Of a stretch of DNA of 64,000 nt, positions 28,622-39,195 are shown in pieces. The stretch's first letter is position 1, and each line of letters starts with the position of its first letter. The DNA comes from a bacterium (GTDB lineage: Bacteria; Patescibacteriota; Dojkabacteria; JAKAPS01; JAJZLI01): contig JAJZWL010000001.1 in the NCBI GenBank assembly GCA_021846685.1, positions 387 through 64,386 on the forward strand, written 5' to 3'. The notes beneath the pieces are model-generated. The model saw nothing but the letters and a program-made list of their open reading frames with translations, had not been told where the DNA came from and did not search any database. A program made the position numbers and the translations under genes.

Positions 28622-30238
28622 CCTGACTTGTCCAACTGAGTATAATAGAAAATAGTGATACTGTATTAGAGCCATAAAATGACAAAAAAGCAATAAAATG
28701 GCATACTAAGGTTGTAATGATGTGGAAAATTAGAACTACAAAGACAGGCTCTGGAAATATTGCTGTACAAGTTGTGGAGAATTCCTCCCATACTGTTAAT
28801 ATAATTAAGCATATTGGATCTGCTAAAAATGAAGAAGAGTTAGAAGATCTCAAAAAACTTGGATCTGAATATATAGAGAAACATAATCTTGATTCTGGAT
28901 TCATCCCTCTCTTTAATGATAAGAAAAGTTCATTAATATCAATAGATAACCTCTCTGTAAAAGAATCTCATCATACTTTTGCATATGAGTTTTTATCTCA
29001 TATATACAATATAAATGGATTTGATAACATTAATGATTCCATACTTCGTGATTTAGCTATCATGAGGATTCTCGAACCAGTATCCAAGGAAGAGTCAATA
29101 AGATTGCTCAAAGAATATTTTAATGTTAAATATTCACATGGAGATCTTCACAGAGGATTAAAAAGAATTCTCGAGAAGAAAGATAAGATAGAGAATGTTG
29201 CCGTAGAATATGCAAAGAAGACACTCAATTTTGATTTCTCTTTGGTATTTTATGATGTTACCAATCTGTATTTTGAATCATTTAAATCTGATGATTTTAG
29301 ACAACCTGGATTTAACAAAGATGGTAAATCTATGCAACCACAAGTTGCCATAGGACTTGTGGTAAATCAAGATGGATATCCAATAGCTATAGATATGTTT
29401 GAGGGTAAGAAGTATGAAGGACACACATTCCTCCTTGTAATATTGGGTTTAAAGGAAAAATACAATATTAAGACTCTCACAGTAGTAGCAGATGCAGGTA
29501 TGCTCTCATACAAGAATATGGAAGAGCTAAATAATGAAGGAATATCCTTCATTGTTGGAGCCAGACTCTTTCAGGTTGATCGGGATCTATTAAAAGAGAT
29601 TGTAAATAAACTTAACATGAAAGAAGGTAAATATATAGAATCAGATACAAAGTATGGAGCCTTAATATGTGATTACTCTCGCAAAAGAGCATCCAAAGAT
29701 AAATCAGATAGAGAAAAACAGATAAAGAAAGCAAATTACCATATAGAAAACCCTACAAAACATAAAAGACCAAGATTCGTACTAAAACTAGATAAAGAGA
29801 ATTTTGAGTTAAATACTGAATTAATAGAATTTGATAAGCTTAAAGAAGGAATAAAAGGATATTACACTAATCTAAACAATATATCTCCACAGTTAATAAT
29901 TTCAAGATATCATGATCTGTGGCATGTAGAAAAAGCTTTCAGGATTACAAAAGGTGATTTACAAGCAAGACCAATATTCCACAGAAAAGAAGATATGATA
30001 AAAACTCATATTCTAATAGTTTTTGTAGCACTATGTATATCTAAATTATTAGAATTAAAAACTGGATTATCCATAAAAGTCATAAAGAAAAATATATTTC
30101 CTATTGTGGATGTTGTATTAATTGATAAATTAACAAAACGAGAATTCATTAAACGTCAAGAATTTCCAGATTCTGATGTGTTTTCCAAAATCAAAGAATT
30201 ATATACATAATCCGTGCATACTAATTGGACAACTCAGG
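28622..30238 (+). mobile_element. IS1634-family insertion sequence, 1617 bp
   Basis: Terminal inverted repeats CCTGACTTGTCCAA / TTGGACAACTCAGG, DDE transposase, long flanking direct repeat. Confidence 0.92.
28717..30210 (+). CDS. IS1634-family DDE transposase
   Basis: FYDVTNLYFE, VVADAGM, YHDLWHVEKAFRITK, ARPIFH. Confidence 0.93.
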   Translation: MMWKIRTTKTGSGNIAVQVVENSSHTVNIIKHIGSAKNEEELEDLKKLGSEYIEKHNLDSGFIPLFNDKKSSLISIDNLSVKESHHTFAYEFLSHIYNINGFDNINDSILRDLAIMRILEPVSKEESIRLLKEYFNVKYSHGDLHRGLKRILEKKDKIENVAVEYAKKTLNFDFSLVFYDVTNLYFESFKSDDFRQPGFNKDGKSMQPQVAIGLVVNQDGYPIAIDMFEGKKYEGHTFLLVILGLKEKYNIKTLTVVADAGMLSYKNMEELNNEGISFIVGARLFQVDRDLLKEIVNKLNMKEGKYIESDTKYGALICDYSRKRASKDKSDREKQIKKANYHIENPTKHKRPRFVLKLDKENFELNTELIEFDKLKEGIKGYYTNLNNISPQLIISRYHDLWHVEKAFRITKGDLQARPIFHRKEDMIKTHILIVFVALCISKLLELKTGLSIKVIKKNIFPIVDVVLIDKLTKREFIKRQEFPDSDVFSKIKELYT

Positions 30239-30364
30239 AAAGTAATAATAGAATATATTTAAAGAAAATTATTAGAGGATTTGAAAATTAAGTAAAACTA
30301 CCTATATTGATAGTAAATATAAAAAATGACCTATATAACATTAAAACTATATTCCTTATATTCT
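30239..30364 (+). repeat. 126-bp direct repeat, right copy
   Basis: Identical by eye to 28496-28621. Confidence 0.92.
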
Positions 30365-30389
30365 AGGTGGTCATATGAAATTTAAATTG

Positions 30390-30671
30390 CTATATTTTTT
30401 CAACCCTTATTTTTAAATCTTTAATCTCTTCAGGATAATTTTTCTGTAATATTTCTATTATTTCAAATTTTCTTAATAGAATTTCTTGTGCAATATTAGG
30501 ATTATTTGATATTAACCTTATATTCCCCTTTTTTGTGTTTTTTAATTTAATATTTTTTTTTACTTTAAATTGTAAAATTTTTTCTATGGAGTTGTATATC
30601 AAATCTCTTTTTTTTATTTTTTCATTAATATCTGAAATAGAGAGAGTATCTATTTTTATTTTTTTAAGCAT
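30390..30671 (-). CDS. DciA/DUF721-like protein
   Basis: IRLISNNPNIAQEILLRKFEIIEIL...IKDLKIRV resembles the DciA core; near oriC. Confidence 0.55.
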   Translation of the reverse strand: MLKKIKIDTLSISDINEKIKKRDLIYNSIEKILQFKVKKNIKLKNTKKGNIRLISNNPNIAQEILLRKFEIIEILQKNYPEEIKDLKIRVEKI

Positions 30672-31044
30672 TTGATATTTTTTTTATAAAGTCATTAGCT
30701 TTTGAGTATCTGTCATCTTTTGTAAATTTAAACATATTCAATATATCATCAGATGATATAGAATCTTTTCCTGCAAACTGTTTAATTTCTGAAGAATCTA
30801 AATCTATATTTAATCTGTATTTATTAATCATATTATTAAGAGGTTTTACAACATAAAAAATACTTTTTGTAAGGCAATTATCGCACATAAGATATACAAT
30901 AGTTAAATTTTCATTTTTATCTATCAATTCAACCATTCCTTTATCTTGATATGCTCCGCATTTATCACAATATAAAGGAATCATGTCGAGTATATCTTTT
31001 AAATCTTTATTTGGACTTTTCTTTTTTTTATTTGATTTATCCAT
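30664..31044 (-). CDS. Zinc-ribbon hypothetical protein
   Basis: CDKC and CDNC; ISSDDIL tail. Confidence 0.75.
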   Translation of the reverse strand: MDKSNKKKKSPNKDLKDILDMIPLYCDKCGAYQDKGMVELIDKNENLTIVYLMCDNCLTKSIFYVVKPLNNMINKYRLNIDLDSSEIKQFAGKDSISSDDILNMFKFTKDDRYSKANDFIKKISNA

Positions 31045-31067
31045 ATGTATTAATTATATATCTTTTG

Positions 31068-32183
31068 TCAATTATTTAGTACCTTAGATTTATTTTTATT
31101 AGATATATGGGTTATAGATACTACAACTATAAATATAAATATAATAATAAATGCAAGTATTATAGCTTTATGAAACCCTGTAATAATTAATGCAATTAGT
31201 CCTAATATAAATGTAAACGAATATTCTATTAAAGCAACCTTTTTTTGAGAGAAACCTAAGTCTAAAAGTCTATGATGCAGATGTCTTTTATCATTAATAT
31301 TTATTAAAGATAGCAGTGACTTTGGTCTATCCTCTATTATTCTTGATATTATTACCCAGACTAAATCTATTATAGGAATTGCTAATACCATTAAAGTAGA
31401 CGCTAGTTTAGCTCCTGAATAAATTGAAAGAACTGCAATAATAAAACCATATACACTTTTCCCAGAAGCTCCTGAAAAAATTTTTGAAGGATAAAAATTA
31501 TAAAAAAGAAAACCTATCATTAATCCAGCAAATATAAATCCCATAAAAGCCGTATTAAAAGTTTGAAATCTAATAGAAAGGAGAGCTATTATCATGGCTA
31601 TAATAGAGATATTTCCTTCAGCAAGTCCATCGGATCCGGCCATCCACTTTACAGCATTTATTATTATTAATACCCAGATTATAGTTAAAAATAAAGATAC
31701 AAAATAAAGATGTACTCCTAAAAATTCAAAAGGGATTTTATTAAGAGAAAAAATTCCACCAAGAGGTTTTGATACATAATTAATATCTATTCCTGCAAAA
31801 GTAATTATTAAAACAGCCAAAACTTGGATCATAAATTGTATCTTTGCACTCAGGTCATAGATATCGTCTATTATCCCTCCTATGAATAAAATTATTATAC
31901 CTATAGCAAACACTACTAAGTCTATATTAATTTTAATATAAATAAAGATTAAAATTAAAAACGGAATAATAACAGAGACTCCTCCAAGTTTTAATTTTGC
32001 TGAATCATGAATTCTTCTTTTTGCGGTACTGTCTTTTCTTTCAGAAGGAGGTAAATCATACACTTTAAATTTTCTAGCAATAGAGCCTATAATTGGGGTA
32101 AGTAATAGAGATATAAATATAGATTCTATAAAAATAGGTAAAAAATATATGTATTTAAAGTAAGAAATAAGTAAGTTGCTCAT
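31068..32183 (-). CDS. MraY/WecA/TagO-family undecaprenyl-phosphate sugar-1-phosphate transferase
   Basis: LGGVS, GIIDD, DGLA, FYNFYPSKIF, DKRHLHHRL. Confidence 0.9.
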   Translation of the reverse strand: MSNLLISYFKYIYFLPIFIESIFISLLLTPIIGSIARKFKVYDLPPSERKDSTAKRRIHDSAKLKLGGVSVIIPFLILIFIYIKINIDLVVFAIGIIILFIGGIIDDIYDLSAKIQFMIQVLAVLIITFAGIDINYVSKPLGGIFSLNKIPFEFLGVHLYFVSLFLTIIWVLIIINAVKWMAGSDGLAEGNISIIAMIIALLSIRFQTFNTAFMGFIFAGLMIGFLFYNFYPSKIFSGASGKSVYGFIIAVLSIYSGAKLASTLMVLAIPIIDLVWVIISRIIEDRPKSLLSLININDKRHLHHRLLDLGFSQKKVALIEYSFTFILGLIALIITGFHKAIILAFIIIFIFIVVVSITHISNKNKSKVLNN

Positions 32184-32617
32184 ATAACTATTTGTAATAT
32201 TTTATATATATCTAATATTATTAAAAAGTTTACAACGAGGCCTAGAGTATTTACAAGGAAATACATTCTTTTAAGCTTGTAGTAGGTTTTATATGAGATA
32301 TAAAATAGGACTAAGAAACATGAAATTAAAAAAATTAAAGGAATAAAAAATACAATTTTAGGATAAAGTGTAAAATTATTATTTAGAAGTAATAATGGAA
32401 TTTTATTACTTAATAATGGATAGTAATAGATAGTAAAAAAAGTATATATAATTATAAATAATAAATTTAAGGAGATATATATCCAGGTATAGAAATTTTT
32501 CCAGAAAGATATGAGCATTAATTGATCTATTATATTAGAAAATGTTTTTCTATTATTCTCTATAATTGAAGAATTTTTAATATCTAAAGGTATTTGATCT
32601 ATTTTCCCGTAATTCAT
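32180..32617 (-). CDS. Small three-TM membrane protein
   Basis: Three hydrophobic segments; ATGA overlap with the next gene. Confidence 0.7.
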   Translation of the reverse strand: MNYGKIDQIPLDIKNSSIIENNRKTFSNIIDQLMLISFWKNFYTWIYISLNLLFIIIYTFFTIYYYPLLSNKIPLLLLNNNFTLYPKIVFFIPLIFLISCFLVLFYISYKTYYKLKRMYFLVNTLGLVVNFLIILDIYKILQIVI

Positions 32618-32630
32618 AGATATTAGTATA

Positions 32631-34685
32631 TCATAAGAATTTATTTATGTTATTGATGGACTTATTAGTTATATATATGTAGATATTTTTATTTATATTG
32701 CTTTCTAACATACTCATTATTAATAATTTTTTATTAGAAAGTAATATTCCTTTAATAAAATTAGGATTTTTATCAATAGTACTTATATTTGTATATATGG
32801 ATTTGTTAATATAGATTACTCCAGAATTAGATGTTTTAAACGCATTATTTACAAGAGTAGATATTGCATCTGATTTTAGTGGTAATGATTGTATGTTTGA
32901 GGTTGTATTTAAATCTCCTGCATTTGGAGAGTCTATTATTTTTACTATGTTTCCATTTTTTATACTTATAAATTCATATTGAGATATAGTTATATTTCTT
33001 ATTCCTGTATTATTTTTGGTTGTGTAGAAAACGAGCGTATAATTTTTATTCCCAGAGAGCATTTCATAAATAGCAAGAGCATTGTTGTTGGTATTTTGTA
33101 TGTATAGTTTGTTGTTGAGTGCTAACTTTGATATATAAGTATAGTACGAAGTTTTAAATCCTGAGCTTAAAAGATTTAGGTTATTAATTTGTTTATTTTC
33201 ATATTTTAAATTAGTAACATTATATGCAGAAGATAGTGAGGATATTTTATTATTGTAAGAGAGATTATAATAATAATTATTTATATTTTTATTTTGAAAT
33301 AGAGATTGTTTAACCGACTGACTTATATTTAATGAAATTTTAAATGTTTTATAAAAATTATTATAAAAAGGTAAGTATTTAAAAGCATTATATGTAATAG
33401 ATAAAAGATTTATAGTTTTTTGCTCTGAGCTAATTAGTTTATTATTTTGTACATTTAAAGATTGATTGCTCTGAGTATTAAAAGTAGAAACTTCTTGAAT
33501 TAAGATATTTTTTGAATTCTCATAATTTACGATTATAAGGGCTGTATATATAATAAATGCGACTAAAATTATGGCTATAAAGGACATTAAATAGAGTAAT
33601 TTTTTCTTGTGATTCCTTGGTTTTCTGTCTATTAGTCTTGTTGTATTATTTTCATTAAGATAATTATTTTTTATATTATCAAAATCTAACATATCTATAC
33701 CTCTGTTTTTATTATCTTGAATTTTTTTAACTTTCTCTTCAGTTTTAATGTCATCTATGTGAGTTTTAATATTTTTGATATTAGAAGTATTATTTATCAA
33801 ATAAGAGAGCTTATCTCCTATCACTTTTCTTATGCCTTCCTCAAATACTGTCTTAATTTCCCAGTCATCTAAAATATTAATAGGGTTTTTTATTCTATCT
33901 TCTATCTTTCTGTCTCTAGGCTCTATACTTATTACTGGAAATCCAGTTAAATCAGATATTCTAAATGCTAATGATATATTTGAAATATCTTCTTTATTAG
34001 AGAGAGTAAAGACCCCACTTTTTTGAGAAAATAATATATTAAAAAGTCCAGATACTGCATCGTCTATATAAACATAGTGGAAGAAAGAATGTTCTTTTTT
34101 TATTTTAATTTTTTCTTCCCTTTTTATGCTCTCTAAGATGCTATTAATTGAGTTTTTTACAAAAGTATCTAAATTCTCTCCATATACCTCTGCAATTTTG
34201 ACTAAAGAAACTTTTGTTTCTTCTTGTTCTTTGATAACTTTATTTTCCACAGAACTTTGATACTCATTAAAAGCTGGAGCTTCTTTTTTATTTAAGCTTA
34301 CTGTAACAAGAGCTTTTGTTTGGTATAATTTGGAAATTTCAAAAAAGACATCCAATAGGGCCAAGTTTTTTTCAATATTTAATTCTCCTTCATATTCAAA
34401 ATTTGCTAAAAATATAGAAAAATTTATATCTGAGACACTTCTTAATATATCATCATAATTTATAGAAGACATAGTATCTATTATTTTAATTTCTCCATTT
34501 GTATTTTTATTTAGAGATTGGATATTTCTTATATTTACTGTATTTTTTTTGGTAACTTCGTCGAGAATTAATACATTTCCCCCGTTTTGAGATATATTAG
34601 TTGATAATTTTTCTCCTAAAAAATTTAATCCTTGAAAGATTACAGTTGTAGGTAACTTTTTATGAAAAAAATTTTTGTATTGCAT
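32631..34685 (-). CDS. Degenerate NAD-dependent epimerase-like domain fused to a TM and an extracellular domain
   Basis: EVYGE, HYVYIDDAVSGL, FEEGIRK epimerase remnants; central TM; Asn-rich C-terminal half. Confidence 0.7.
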   Translation of the reverse strand: MQYKNFFHKKLPTTVIFQGLNFLGEKLSTNISQNGGNVLILDEVTKKNTVNIRNIQSLNKNTNGEIKIIDTMSSINYDDILRSVSDINFSIFLANFEYEGELNIEKNLALLDVFFEISKLYQTKALVTVSLNKKEAPAFNEYQSSVENKVIKEQEETKVSLVKIAEVYGENLDTFVKNSINSILESIKREEKIKIKKEHSFFHYVYIDDAVSGLFNILFSQKSGVFTLSNKEDISNISLAFRISDLTGFPVISIEPRDRKIEDRIKNPINILDDWEIKTVFEEGIRKVIGDKLSYLINNTSNIKNIKTHIDDIKTEEKVKKIQDNKNRGIDMLDFDNIKNNYLNENNTTRLIDRKPRNHKKKLLYLMSFIAIILVAFIIYTALIIVNYENSKNILIQEVSTFNTQSNQSLNVQNNKLISSEQKTINLLSITYNAFKYLPFYNNFYKTFKISLNISQSVKQSLFQNKNINNYYYNLSYNNKISSLSSAYNVTNLKYENKQINNLNLLSSGFKTSYYTYISKLALNNKLYIQNTNNNALAIYEMLSGNKNYTLVFYTTKNNTGIRNITISQYEFISIKNGNIVKIIDSPNAGDLNTTSNIQSLPLKSDAISTLVNNAFKTSNSGVIYINKSIYTNISTIDKNPNFIKGILLSNKKLLIMSMLESNINKNIYIYITNKSINNINKFL

Positions 34686-34777
34686 TATATAAAAAGATTA
34701 CCAGTTTTCAGTCTGTATGTAAATTATTAAGGACTTTTCTTAACTTAATCCTGTATTTTTTATGATATTAATTACAG

Positions 34778-34807
34778 TTGACAAGTAAATGCCTTGAGTG
34801 CTAATAT
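34778..34807 (+). promoter_or_regulatory. hrcA promoter overlapping a degenerate CIRCE operator
   Basis: TTGACAAGT-N9-GAGTGCTAA; right arm perfect, left arm coincides with -35 TTGACA. Confidence 0.7.
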
Positions 34808-34838
34808 ATTATCAATTAACTTATTTGATTGCCAGAAT

Positions 34839-35561
34839 ATGACTCCAAGACAAGCTAAAATTCTTGAGTGTGTGATATTAGAGTATATGGAAACTGCTCA
34901 GGCTGTAGGGTCTGTCTCTATGGCAAATAAATATGGAATTAATGTATCTCCTGCTACTATAAGGAATGAAATGGCAAGTTTAATAACTCAAGGATTTTTG
35001 TCTAAAGAACATTTTTCTTCTGGAAGAATTCCTACAATAGTTGGCTTTAGATATTACATTGATAATATTCTTTTAGAAGAAGAGATGAATTATTTGCAGG
35101 AAATGGAAATAAAAGAAAAATTGCATGCAGTAAGATTTCAAAAGGAAAAGATATTAAGAAGTGCCGTAGATTCTTTGTCAAAATCTTTAAAATATACAGC
35201 AATAGCTTTGGCTTCAGATTCTATTTATTATTCAGGAATTTCAGAAATTCTAGATTATCCTGAATTTGAAGATATCTCTGTATTAAGAAATATGATATCT
35301 GTTATTGAGAATTATGAAATATTAGAAAGCATTTTTGATAAAGGGAATAAATATGAAGGTGGAGTTAAAATTCTTATGGGAGAAGAAACAGGATTTAATA
35401 GTTTTAATTCTTGTTCAATTGCTTATACAGGATTTAGATTTCATAGAGGAGATCAGGGGTACCTTGCTGTTATAGGTCCTTTTAGAATGGAGTATAAAAA
35501 GGTTCTACCTTATTTAAAATATACTGCAGAAGTTTTAGAAGAGTCTACCTCTGGGTGGTAA
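34839..35561 (+). CDS. hrcA: Heat-inducible transcription repressor HrcA (short form)
   Basis: MTPRQAKIL, SPATIRNEM, SSGRIPT, IGPFRMEY; ATG start at 34839. Confidence 0.93.
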   Translation: MTPRQAKILECVILEYMETAQAVGSVSMANKYGINVSPATIRNEMASLITQGFLSKEHFSSGRIPTIVGFRYYIDNILLEEEMNYLQEMEIKEKLHAVRFQKEKILRSAVDSLSKSLKYTAIALASDSIYYSGISEILDYPEFEDISVLRNMISVIENYEILESIFDKGNKYEGGVKILMGEETGFNSFNSCSIAYTGFRFHRGDQGYLAVIGPFRMEYKKVLPYLKYTAEVLEESTSGW

Positions 35562-35582
35562 TAATATTAGTTAAAAAAAATT

Positions 35583-36131
35583 ATGGCAAATAAAAAAGTA
35601 AAAGAAAACATTAAAAAAGAAACAAAAGAACCTATTGCAGAGGATGAAATAATAGAAGAATTGGATGTTAAAGAGAGTGAAATAAACGTTTTAAAAAAGG
35701 AGAATGAGGATTTAGAAGTAAAACTTAAATCTGCTTTATCTGATTATCAAAACTTTAAAAGAAGAGTAGATACAGAAAAAGATAATAATATAAATGTTAT
35801 TAATAATATTCTTTTAAAAGAGTTTCTAAATGTTTTAGATAATATTTATCTTTATATGAAACACTTAGAAAAGAATAATAATGTTGAGGAGGCAGTTCTT
35901 TCAGGTATAAAAATGATTTATGATCAATGTAATGAAGTTGTTGTCTCTCAAGGACTTTCTGTAGAAGAAGTAAAGGAAGGAGATTTAGTATCTCCCCTAC
36001 TTCATGAAGTAGTAGGGACTGTAATAGGAGAGAAGGAGAATGTAATAACTGAGGTTGTAAGGGTCGGTTATATGAAGGATGGTAGGGTTGTAAGACCTGC
36101 GAGAGTTATTGCTGTGAAGAAAGAAGTTTAA
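35583..36131 (+). CDS. grpE: Nucleotide exchange factor GrpE
   Basis: [22 protein letters not shown]. Confidence 0.93.
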   Translation: MANKKVKENIKKETKEPIAEDEIIEELDVKESEINVLKKENEDLEVKLKSALSDYQNFKRRVDTEKDNNINVINNILLKEFLNVLDNIYLYMKHLEKNNNVEEAVLSGIKMIYDQCNEVVVSQGLSVEEVKEGDLVSPLLHEVVGTVIGEKENVITEVVRVGYMKDGRVVRPARVIAVKKEV

Positions 36132-36154
36132 TTTATTTTAGTTTTTTATTAATT

Positions 36155-38092
36155 ATGTCAAAAATATTAGGAATCGATTTAGGAACAACAAATTCAGCTA
36201 TGGCCTTTATGGAAGGTGGAGAGCCAGTAGTTATAACTAACTCTGAAGGAGCTAGAACAACACCTTCTGTGGTAGCTATACTTCCAGATAAATCAAGGTC
36301 TGTAGGTGTTAGTGCTAAAAATCAAATGGTTTTGAATCCTAAGCAAACTTTTTATTCTATAAAAAGATTGATAGGAAGGTCTTTTGATGATGAAGAAGTT
36401 CAAAGAGATATTAAAGTTTTTCCTTTTGAGCTTAAAAAATCTTCTACGGGAGGTGTAGAAATTAAGGTAGGTGAAGAGTGGTTAGCTCCAGAAGCTATAT
36501 CTGCAATGGTACTTTCTAAGCTTAAGACAGATGCAGAAGCTTTCTTAGGAGAAAAGATTACAGAAGCTGTTATTACAGTGCCTGCATATTTTGATGATTC
36601 TCAAAGGCAAGCTACTAAAAATGCAGGAAAAATAGCAGGTTTAGATGTAAAAAGAATTATTAATGAGCCTACTTCTGCAGCATTAGCTTATGGTTTTGAT
36701 AAAAAGGGAGAAAAAACTATTGTTGTTTATGATTTAGGAGGAGGAACTTTTGATGTGTCTGTTTTAGAGTTGGGTGACGGAATTTTTGAAGTTATATCTA
36801 CAAATGGAGATACTCATTTAGGAGGAGATGATTTTGATAGAAGAATTATTGATTTTATTGCAGATGATTTTAAAAAGACAAATGGAATTGATCTAAGAAG
36901 TGATTCCGCAGCATTGCAAAGATTAAAAGAGGCAGCAGAAAAGGCAAAAATAGAGCTTTCGTCTACAAATCAAGCTCAAGTCAATATTCCTTTTATAACG
37001 TCTGATTCTAATGGTCCAAAACATTTAAATATGACTATAACACGGGCACAGTTAGAGTCTTTGGTAAAGGATTTAGTTGACGAAACTATGGAGCCTGTAA
37101 AAAAAGCATTAAGTGATGCAAAAAAAACAGTTTCTGATATAAATGAAATTATATTAGTTGGTGGTATGACAAGAATGCCTGCAATTTCAGATGCAGTAAA
37201 AAATTTCTTCAAAAAAGAACCTAACAAGAGTGTTAATCCTGATGAAGTTGTTGCAATTGGAGCTGCTGTACAAGGAGGAGTTTTATCAGGAGATGTAAGA
37301 GATGTAACTTTATTAGATGTTACTCCTTTATCTTTAGGGATAGAAACATTAGGGGGAGTTTCTACTAAAATAATAGAGAGAAATTCTACTATTCCTATTC
37401 AGAAGAAACAAGTGTTTACAACAGCTGCTGACTCACAAACTTCTGTAGAAATCCATATTTTACAAGGAGAAAGAGAATTTGCAAAAGATAATAAAACTTT
37501 AGGTAGATTTATTTTAGACGGAATTGCTTCTGCAAAAAGAGGAGTTCCTCAAATAGAAGTAGCTTTTGATATAGATGCAAACGGTATTCTTAAAGTATTG
37601 GCTCAAGATAAAGCTACAGGAAAAGAGCAACATATAACAATTACAGCAAATACTTCTCTTTCTGATTCTGAGGTAGAAAAATTATTAAAAGAAGCAAAGG
37701 AACATGAAGAAGAGGATAGGAAAAAGAAAGAATTGATAGATATTAAGAATTCTGCAGAGACAGTAGCATTTTCGGCAGAAACATTCTTAAATGAAAACAA
37801 AGATAAGATAGCTCAAGATAAACAAGATGAATTAAGTTCTAAAATAACAGAGTTAAGAGATCTTGCTACTAAAGATGATACAGATAAGGAGTCTGTAGAG
37901 AAATCTCTGTCAGAATTAGAAAGTTTAATGCAAGATATTGGGACAAATATGAATCAACAGGCACCTTCTGATACTCCAAATGGAGAAGAAACCCCTACAA
38001 ACGAAGGTGAAGGAGATTCAGGAAGCACAGACGGAGGAGAAAGTTCAGATACTCCACCAGAAGATGAAGTAAAAGAGGGAGAAGTTCTTTGA
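36155..38092 (+). CDS. dnaK: Chaperone DnaK
   Basis: [25 protein letters not shown]. Confidence 0.98.
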   Translation: MSKILGIDLGTTNSAMAFMEGGEPVVITNSEGARTTPSVVAILPDKSRSVGVSAKNQMVLNPKQTFYSIKRLIGRSFDDEEVQRDIKVFPFELKKSSTGGVEIKVGEEWLAPEAISAMVLSKLKTDAEAFLGEKITEAVITVPAYFDDSQRQATKNAGKIAGLDVKRIINEPTSAALAYGFDKKGEKTIVVYDLGGGTFDVSVLELGDGIFEVISTNGDTHLGGDDFDRRIIDFIADDFKKTNGIDLRSDSAALQRLKEAAEKAKIELSSTNQAQVNIPFITSDSNGPKHLNMTITRAQLESLVKDLVDETMEPVKKALSDAKKTVSDINEIILVGGMTRMPAISDAVKNFFKKEPNKSVNPDEVVAIGAAVQGGVLSGDVRDVTLLDVTPLSLGIETLGGVSTKIIERNSTIPIQKKQVFTTAADSQTSVEIHILQGEREFAKDNKTLGRFILDGIASAKRGVPQIEVAFDIDANGILKVLAQDKATGKEQHITITANTSLSDSEVEKLLKEAKEHEEEDRKKKELIDIKNSAETVAFSAETFLNENKDKIAQDKQDELSSKITELRDLATKDDTDKESVEKSLSELESLMQDIGTNMNQQAPSDTPNGEETPTNEGEGDSGSTDGGESSDTPPEDEVKEGEVL

Positions 38093-38109
38093 GATAAAAT
38101 AGTATAGTA

Positions 38110-38143
38110 TTGAGTAAGGGGGCTTTAGTGTTCCCTTGCTCAA
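38110..38143 (+). terminator. Hairpin after dnaK, probable terminator
   Basis: TTGAGTAAGGGGGC-TTTAGT-GTTCCCTTGCTCAA, 14-bp stem with G-U pairs, weak U tract. Confidence 0.55.
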
Positions 38144-38572
38144 ACTTGATAAATCAATATATAAGAGCTCTTATGGAGAGTAATTTAGAAACCCCTAAGG
38201 TAATACCTCTGGAATTTATGTATTACGTTGTACTTGGGAGTTATTAATATATAGTACTGACAGAGGCCTATGAATGTCAATTGAGCGCTATATGATGAGC
38301 CTAAATTTTTACTCCATCAGAATTCAAAATCCTTTAGAATTTTCATTCTCTTTTAATTTTTTACAAAAATCTCTTATCTAACTCATGCAGTACTGTTATA
38401 GCCTTACTTCCATTATCTTTTACAGGGGATTACATATAAGTGTTATTAATAGAAGGTATTCTATATTCCATGATTAAATATTCTGTCTCACAATGAAGAA
38501 TTGCTCTGCTTATTGTTTGTTTGTATTGTTTTTATATTTTGCTACTATATGATATTAGTTTATTTATGATTT

Positions 38573-38803
38573 ATGGAGAAAATTAATAATAGTATAGGGA
38601 CATATACAAATATAAAAGCAAATGTTCCAAAATGGCAACTTTATATTTTATTAATATTGGGGTTTCTTATATTTTTTACATTTCTGGCTATTTTTTATGT
38701 AGTTTTGATTTACAATCCTCAAAAAGCTTTAATTAAAGAAAGAAAAATAAAAAGTGCTACTGTTAAAAAAATAAGCTCTGGTACAAATCTATATAAAAAA
38801 TGA
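38573..38803 (+). CDS. Small single-TM protein
   Basis: 76 aa, one hydrophobic helix, basic tail. Confidence 0.55.
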   Translation: MEKINNSIGTYTNIKANVPKWQLYILLILGFLIFFTFLAIFYVVLIYNPQKALIKERKIKSATVKKISSGTNLYKK

Positions 38804-38863
38804 TTAGATTATTCTAATAATCAATAGCTATTATTTATTGTGGGATAATATGGTTGTGAATTT

Positions 38864-39079
38864 TTAACCTTTAGAAATGCTTTTTTCTAAAAATTTATTT
38901 ATTTTAATAGTTTGAGCTTTTGTAAGTTTTTTAACTGAATCTTTTTTAGCAACAACCTTTACTGCAAAATTATCATCTTGTCCTGTAATAATTTCTAAAT
39001 CATTTATAAACTTAACTTTCTCTTCGTCAGGGAGTAATTCGTCGAGGTTCAAGTGTTTTATATATTGAAAATTAATCAT
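38864..39079 (-). CDS. Small hypothetical protein
   Basis: 71 aa; extended -10 TGATACAAT 7 nt before ATG. Confidence 0.6.
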   Translation of the reverse strand: MINFQYIKHLNLDELLPDEEKVKFINDLEIITGQDDNFAVKVVAKKDSVKKLTKAQTIKINKFLEKSISKG

Positions 39080-39195
39080 TGTCTACATTGTATCAGGTAA
39101 TTTATAATATTCAATACTAGAAGATTAATATTAAAATAAAATGAGTAAAGAAATATTTTCTTGAAAATTGTAAATAGGTATTGTAATATAAAAGC

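Noticed and set aside
34794-34838. N-terminal extensions in the ORF track for hrcA (also zwf 43982 and 20078)
   Set aside because: They run through the promoter or the upstream gene; downstream ATGs fit family starts or stop/start overlaps better
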